From: an uncultured Candidatus Saccharibacteria bacterium
GTDB lineage: Bacteria > Patescibacteriota > Minisyncoccia > Phycocordibacterales > UBA9973
Direction of reading: 5' to 3'
Assembly (NCBI GenBank): GCA_964401625.1
Contig: CAYNYY010000004.1
Location: 1-40,888 of the forward strand
DNA length: 40,888 nt
Shown here: positions 36,488-40,888 of the stretch, piece by piece
Layout: each line of letters opens with the position of its first letter
Position numbering within the stretch: the stretch's first letter is position 1
Notes under the pieces: model-generated
What the model saw: only the letters and a program-made list of their open reading frames with translations
What the model was told of the DNA's origin: nothing
Database searches by the model: none
Made by a program: the position numbers and the translations under genes

Positions 36488-38197
36488 TTACTGAAAATAT
36501 TCTGGCGTATTGGCACTCATATACTCAAGCACATTTCTCATTGTGAAAGTAGCATTACCAGATGCTGATTTTGGTCCATGAGCAAGAAGAATAGCAAAAG
36601 AATATTTGGGTTTATTATATGGGAAAAATCCAATAATCCAAGAATTAGTGTTCGTATTCCCATATCCAGTTTGAGCTGTTCCAGATTTTGCCGCAATTTT
36701 GACACCAGGAATATTAAGAGATCTAGCTGTTCCATATATTACTGCCATTCTCATTCCAGTTTGAACTATTTTCATTTTATTTATATTAATTGGAATAATT
36801 TTTCTTCTAGATTCAAATAACTTAGAAAAATTATTATTCCCTAACTTAATATGAGGTATTGGTATTATCCCATAATCAGCTACTCCAGCAATAGCTGTTG
36901 CCATCTGAATCGGCGTTACTAAAAAACCATATTGACCAATTGCAGAGTTATAAGTATCTCCGATCCTCCAAATATCTGTATGAAAAACACGTGCTTTCCA
37001 CTCTGGGCTAGGGACAACTCCTTTTTTTTCTCCTTCTAAATCTATTCCGGTTTTTTGACCTACTCCAAACATTTTCATATATTTATCAATATTTGAAATA
37101 CCTAATCCTTTTTGATCCTGATAACCTCCTCCAATCTCATAGAAGAAAGCATCCGAAGAAATAGCTATGGCTTTTTCTAAATTAATATAACCAAAAGAAC
37201 CATGATCTCGAAAAATAGTTTTTTTACCTGGAAAATATGGATTAGGAACTGAAATTGAACCAGTTGTCAGAATTAATTTAGAAGGAGTGATTACACCTTC
37301 ATTAAGAGCTGCATAAGCAATGAATGGCTTGACAATAGAACCGGGAGTATAAAGACCAGATACAGCTCTATCTAAAAAAACTTTTTGCTTACCAGAAAAA
37401 TATCCATTGATGATTTTAGTATTTTCTCCATTAGAAAGGATATTACTATTATATTCTGGATAACTTGTCAAAGCAATTAACCCCCCTGTTTTAATATTCA
37501 TGATGATACCTGCTCCACCAGAAAAACCAGCCTTTTTAGCCATTGAGGATATGGCACTATACATTTCTTTTTGAATTCTAGAATCAATTGTTAGTTTGAG
37601 ATTATGACCTGCAATTGGTTTAGATATAATATTCTGTGATTCTATTTTTCCGTTAACGTTAGCTTCTGTGATTTTAGCTCCATTGATACCAGATAGAGAT
37701 TTATTATATGATTTTTCTATACCAGCTCTTCCTATATATGTGTTTCGCCAATAATGTCCTGAAGAATCCTTAGCAGGATAACTTACATATCCAAGTAATA
37801 ATCCAAAACCAGGTGAATTATAATAATTTCTTTTGGGTGGTAATAAACTATTAGGATTAGAATTATTCCAAGAATTCCAAGCAAGTAAAACACCATTGCG
37901 ATCATAAATTAAACCACGAGGAGAAATAATCGGATCTTTCCTTAATATATTATTCTCACTTTTTATAAAAAACATTTTACCATTAATGATTTGGAGAAAA
38001 GTAAGCTTAGTAAGAAAAATGAGAAAAACAGAGATAAAGAATAATCCTAAAATAAATATTGATCTCTTAGGTATGGCTTTCTCAAACCGACCTTCAAATT
38101 GTTGGGTATTAAAATTAGGTAAATTTTTTGAATCAAGAAATATTTCATCTGGATCAATATTACTTTTTATTCTTTTGTGGTTAATATGAAAGGTCAT
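36488..38197 (-). CDS. mrdA: Class B penicillin-binding protein 2 (elongation transpeptidase)
   Basis: N-terminal TM helix, SIVKP (SxxK), SSD and KSGTAQ motifs. Confidence 0.88.
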   Translation of the reverse strand: MTFHINHKRIKSNIDPDEIFLDSKNLPNFNTQQFEGRFEKAIPKRSIFILGLFFISVFLIFLTKLTFLQIINGKMFFIKSENNILRKDPIISPRGLIYDRNGVLLAWNSWNNSNPNSLLPPKRNYYNSPGFGLLLGYVSYPAKDSSGHYWRNTYIGRAGIEKSYNKSLSGINGAKITEANVNGKIESQNIISKPIAGHNLKLTIDSRIQKEMYSAISSMAKKAGFSGGAGIIMNIKTGGLIALTSYPEYNSNILSNGENTKIINGYFSGKQKVFLDRAVSGLYTPGSIVKPFIAYAALNEGVITPSKLILTTGSISVPNPYFPGKKTIFRDHGSFGYINLEKAIAISSDAFFYEIGGGYQDQKGLGISNIDKYMKMFGVGQKTGIDLEGEKKGVVPSPEWKARVFHTDIWRIGDTYNSAIGQYGFLVTPIQMATAIAGVADYGIIPIPHIKLGNNNFSKLFESRRKIIPININKMKIVQTGMRMAVIYGTARSLNIPGVKIAAKSGTAQTGYGNTNTNSWIIGFFPYNKPKYSFAILLAHGPKSASGNATFTMRNVLEYMSANTPEYFQ

Positions 38198-38474
38198 TAT
38201 TATATAAAATGATTTTATGACGAAGAATTTGTATTCCTATATAAAGAAAAATTATTATAGTGAAAAAATAAATTGGCGAAGTCAATAAACTACTATTAGA
38301 AACAAAATAAATAGAGTAAATAATTATTCCAGAAATAATAAATTCATAAAAGCTTTTAAATATAAAAATACCGATGAACGCTAAAATGACATTTAACCAC
38401 CATGGAAAAATGAATAATGATAGAAAAAATACAACATCAAATATAGCTCGTTTCATAGCTATAATATACCACAC
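38181..38474 (-). CDS. Small polytopic membrane protein (possibly MreD-like)
   Basis: 97 aa with about 3 TM helices. It overlaps the PBP2 start by 17 nt, a position where mreD commonly sits. I see no sequence motif to confirm this. Confidence 0.5.
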   Translation of the reverse strand: MWYIIAMKRAIFDVVFFLSLFIFPWWLNVILAFIGIFIFKSFYEFIISGIIIYSIYFVSNSSLLTSPIYFFTIIIFLYIGIQILRHKIILYNNDLSY

Positions 38475-38514
38475 CTATTCTATCTGAACAAAAAATGATT
38501 TTATTGAAGTTAAT

Positions 38515-39378
38515 TTATTTATTCATTACTTTACGATAAATTTTTCGAAGTAAATAAAATATTATTAAAAATATTAATCCATAAAAAACTATTTTATCAC
38601 TAAAAATAAAATTGAGAATCTTAAGGAAAAAAAGCTTAATTTGAGTAATAGGTTTATTTGTTACTTCCATAAGATTTTTCGTACTAGGAATCGTCTGAAC
38701 TGGTTTTAAATTATTATTTTTAGCTATTGTTTTTTTATCATGAGTAAATTCTTTAAATGAAAGAAGCTCATTTTTAGTTTTTCCTTCGCTACTGATAATT
38801 TTAGCTAGGGTTTGATTACGAAAATTATCAATTGAATTTATTCCACTTGAAACCTGATTACCAACAGAAATCGGTAAAATTTTATTAATTTTATTACCAA
38901 CCTTAACAAATTCATTATTAATTAATTCACCACTAGTAAAAGTCTGACCATCCTTCACTTTAACAACAACTGGGATAAATCTATGATTAGAATTAGTTGT
39001 GTTTCTACTTACGACAATTGTCTCTTTCTTGCCACTTCTAATATCTAATGTTGATGAAATTATTTTTGCCGAAATAATATGATCTCCACTTGTAACTTTC
39101 CAATTAATTGAGACTCCTTGTAATTCATGAGCTGGTATAAGTATATTCCTCATTCCTAAAATCACATTTTTATCATAAAATTCTACTTTAGCAGTTAAAG
39201 AACTATCATCTCCATTCCAGATAGCTGTGTAAATTTTAATGGTATCTCCTTCAATAAATGAATTTGGAGAATACCAAATCTGCCCAGATAGAAAACCTGT
39301 AAAAGATGAGTCTTTTGCATAAACAGAAGTCCCTAAAATTATGAATAAGAAGATAAAAATTAAAAAAAAATTTTTCAT
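38515..39378 (-). CDS. Secreted CARDB-like beta-sandwich protein with C-terminal TM anchor
   Basis: Signal peptide. GDTIKIYTAIWNGDDSSLTAKVEFYDKNVILG..LQGVSINWKVTSGDHIISAKI resembles the CARDB pattern, and a C-terminal hydrophobic helix follows. Confidence 0.6.
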   Translation of the reverse strand: MKNFFLIFIFLFIILGTSVYAKDSSFTGFLSGQIWYSPNSFIEGDTIKIYTAIWNGDDSSLTAKVEFYDKNVILGMRNILIPAHELQGVSINWKVTSGDHIISAKIISSTLDIRSGKKETIVVSRNTTNSNHRFIPVVVKVKDGQTFTSGELINNEFVKVGNKINKILPISVGNQVSSGINSIDNFRNQTLAKIISSEGKTKNELLSFKEFTHDKKTIAKNNNLKPVQTIPSTKNLMEVTNKPITQIKLFFLKILNFIFSDKIVFYGLIFLIIFYLLRKIYRKVMNK

Positions 39379-39379
39379 A

Positions 39380-40720
39380 TTACGATACTTTATCTTTTAG
39401 AAGAAAATTCCCTATTTTAAAGGCTTCTCCCGCTCCCATAGTAATAATTATACTCTTCTCTCCTATTTCTGAAAGTTGAAGTTTTAAAAATTTTTCTAAA
39501 TCTGTAAAATTATGGAAAGATTGGGAATTATTTGTATTCTTATTTATCTCATCTCTCAAAATATCTGAGGAAATACTTTTATCATCTTTTTCTCTGGCAT
39601 AATAAATAGGTAAAAGTAAAACTTGATCTGCGTCTACAAAACTTTTAGCAAAATCATTCAGAAGTAACTTAGTTCTAGAAAATAAATGCGGTTGAAAAAT
39701 AACAATAATTTTCCAGCCATCTTTTTTACTATATAATTCTCGGAAACCTTGTAGTGTTGAAACTATTTCTGTTGGATGATGAGCATAATCATCATATAAA
39801 ATAGACCCTCCTTTTAATTTTCCTCGAAATTCAAATCTACGCCAAGTTCCAGAAAATTGTTCAAGTGATTTTTTAGATTTTAATTTTGAGATATTCAATT
39901 TTTCTGCCACAGCCATAGCAACCGCGGCATCTTTCTTATTATGAATTCCCGGAATTTTCAGCTTCAAATTTTTATCAAAAAACTCATTCCAATTTATAAC
40001 TTTTATTTTTGTATCGTTTATAACATCCTTTATATTTTGATCGTCAGGATTACAAATTATATAGCCATCACTCGGAACTTTCATTACCATTTCAGTAAAT
40101 GCATTTTTTATATCATCTATATCTTTATAATAATCTAAATGATCTTTATCTATATTGGTAATAACTAAAATATTTGGATTGATATTTAAAAATGAACGAC
40201 GATATTCACAAGCTTCAACTACAAAATATTTTCCTTCTCCTTTTATAAAATTACTCCGCGTCCCATCTTTATTTTTAATTAGACTTCCTACTATGACCGT
40301 CGGATTTTTACCATTATCGTTAAGTATCTTAGCTATCATACCTGTTGTAGTGGTCTTACCATGGGTGCCACAAACAGCAATTGTATATTTATCTTTACTT
40401 ATAATACCAAGCATCTCTGGATAAGAATAAGTGGGGATTTTTGTTTTTTCTTTTAATTTTTTGAATAAAGGTTTGTCGTAAACTTCTATCGCTATAGTGT
40501 AAATTATTAAATCCGTATCATTTGGTATGTTTTTGTATGATTGTCCAATTTTTATTTCTACTCCAAGTTTTTTTAATTTAACTATTATTTCCCCTTCTTG
40601 TATGTCTTGGCCGGTTATTTTTTTCCCTTCTAAAAGCATCATACGTGCCACAGCTGAAATACCGATCCCTCCAATTCCGATAAAATGAACATTTTTAATT
40701 TTTGATAAGTCTAAATTCAT
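39380..40720 (-). CDS. murC: UDP-N-acetylmuramate--L-alanine ligase
   Basis: VHFIGIGGIGISAVA N-terminal Rossmann motif, GTHGKTTTTGMIA P-loop and DDYAHHP. Confidence 0.94.
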   Translation of the reverse strand: MNLDLSKIKNVHFIGIGGIGISAVARMMLLEGKKITGQDIQEGEIIVKLKKLGVEIKIGQSYKNIPNDTDLIIYTIAIEVYDKPLFKKLKEKTKIPTYSYPEMLGIISKDKYTIAVCGTHGKTTTTGMIAKILNDNGKNPTVIVGSLIKNKDGTRSNFIKGEGKYFVVEACEYRRSFLNINPNILVITNIDKDHLDYYKDIDDIKNAFTEMVMKVPSDGYIICNPDDQNIKDVINDTKIKVINWNEFFDKNLKLKIPGIHNKKDAAVAMAVAEKLNISKLKSKKSLEQFSGTWRRFEFRGKLKGGSILYDDYAHHPTEIVSTLQGFRELYSKKDGWKIIVIFQPHLFSRTKLLLNDFAKSFVDADQVLLLPIYYAREKDDKSISSDILRDEINKNTNNSQSFHNFTDLEKFLKLQLSEIGEKSIIITMGAGEAFKIGNFLLKDKVS

Positions 40721-40724
40721 ATTA

Positions 40725-40888
40725 TTATTTAAGTAGAATATTAAAAGATGATGTGTTAATTTCTCCTGGTTTAATTTTTTCTGGGTCTGTTATAATACCT
40801 CCCTTATCTCTCATAACAGGTTCAATACATATAAAATCTTTCCCTTTTATAGACCAAACCCAAATTCTTTTATATTCTTTTGAAATAT
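40725..40888 (-). CDS. C-terminal fragment of an aldose-1-epimerase-like protein (gene continues beyond the window)
   Basis: My manual translation in the minus frame starting at 40886 gives ISKEYKRIWVWSIKGKDFICIEPVMRDKGGIITDPEKIKPGEINTSSFNILLK-stop. The F.C.EP block is typical of the galactose mutarotase-like fold. Confidence 0.5.
   Translation of the reverse strand, partial: ISKEYKRIWVWSIKGKDFICIEPVMRDKGGIITDPEKIKPGEINTSSFNILLK

Overview
This is an AT-rich (roughly 30% GC by eye), very gene-dense bacterial chromosome segment. I call 49 protein-coding genes, 3 tRNAs (Leu-UAA, Ile-GAU, Glu-CUC) and one tRNA-Glu fragment. I see no rRNA, CRISPR array, transposase or integrase. The content is core housekeeping. 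It includes gatB; a sugar-phosphate block (gap, rpiB, an rpe-like gene, a split transketolase, a PfkB-family kinase and class II fba); ribosomal proteins L25, L31, L27 and L9; prfA; a complete F1Fo ATP synthase operon (atpZ-B-E-F-H-A-G-D-C); and a pyruvate-kinase-like gene followed by ldh. It also includes an envelope set (lytic transglycosylase, CAP-domain protein, S41 protease, DUF4015 hydrolase), a dcw cluster (mraZ-rsmH-ftsL-ftsI-murF), and lysS-greA-PBP2-murC. Short proteins, a split tkt, a fermentative pyk-ldh pair and no recognisable Shine-Dalgarno sites suggest a streamlined, CPR/Patescibacteria-like genome. That placement is inference only, since no search was possible. I found no obvious novel multi-gene protein system. 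The most interesting signals are non-coding. (1) A family of five conserved palindromic hairpins sits at the 3' ends of transcription units. (2) Extended -10 boxes (TGnTAnnnT) lie 6-8 nt from the ATG at almost every operon head, implying leaderless mRNAs; one case is a mirror-symmetric 40-bp divergent promoter. (3) A strongly promoted, highly structured ~140-nt orphan transcript lies between mraZ and lysS. (4) A phased GTGGG (MraZ-box) array lies upstream of mraZ. (5) A small accessory patch around tRNA-Glu holds a tRNA 5'-half copy split by a GC-rich palindrome, an unassigned GC-richer spacer, a leaderless 50-aa membrane peptide and an orphan gene with a perfect 32-nt internal repeat. Coordinates for non-ORF-track features were counted by hand and may be off by 1 nt.
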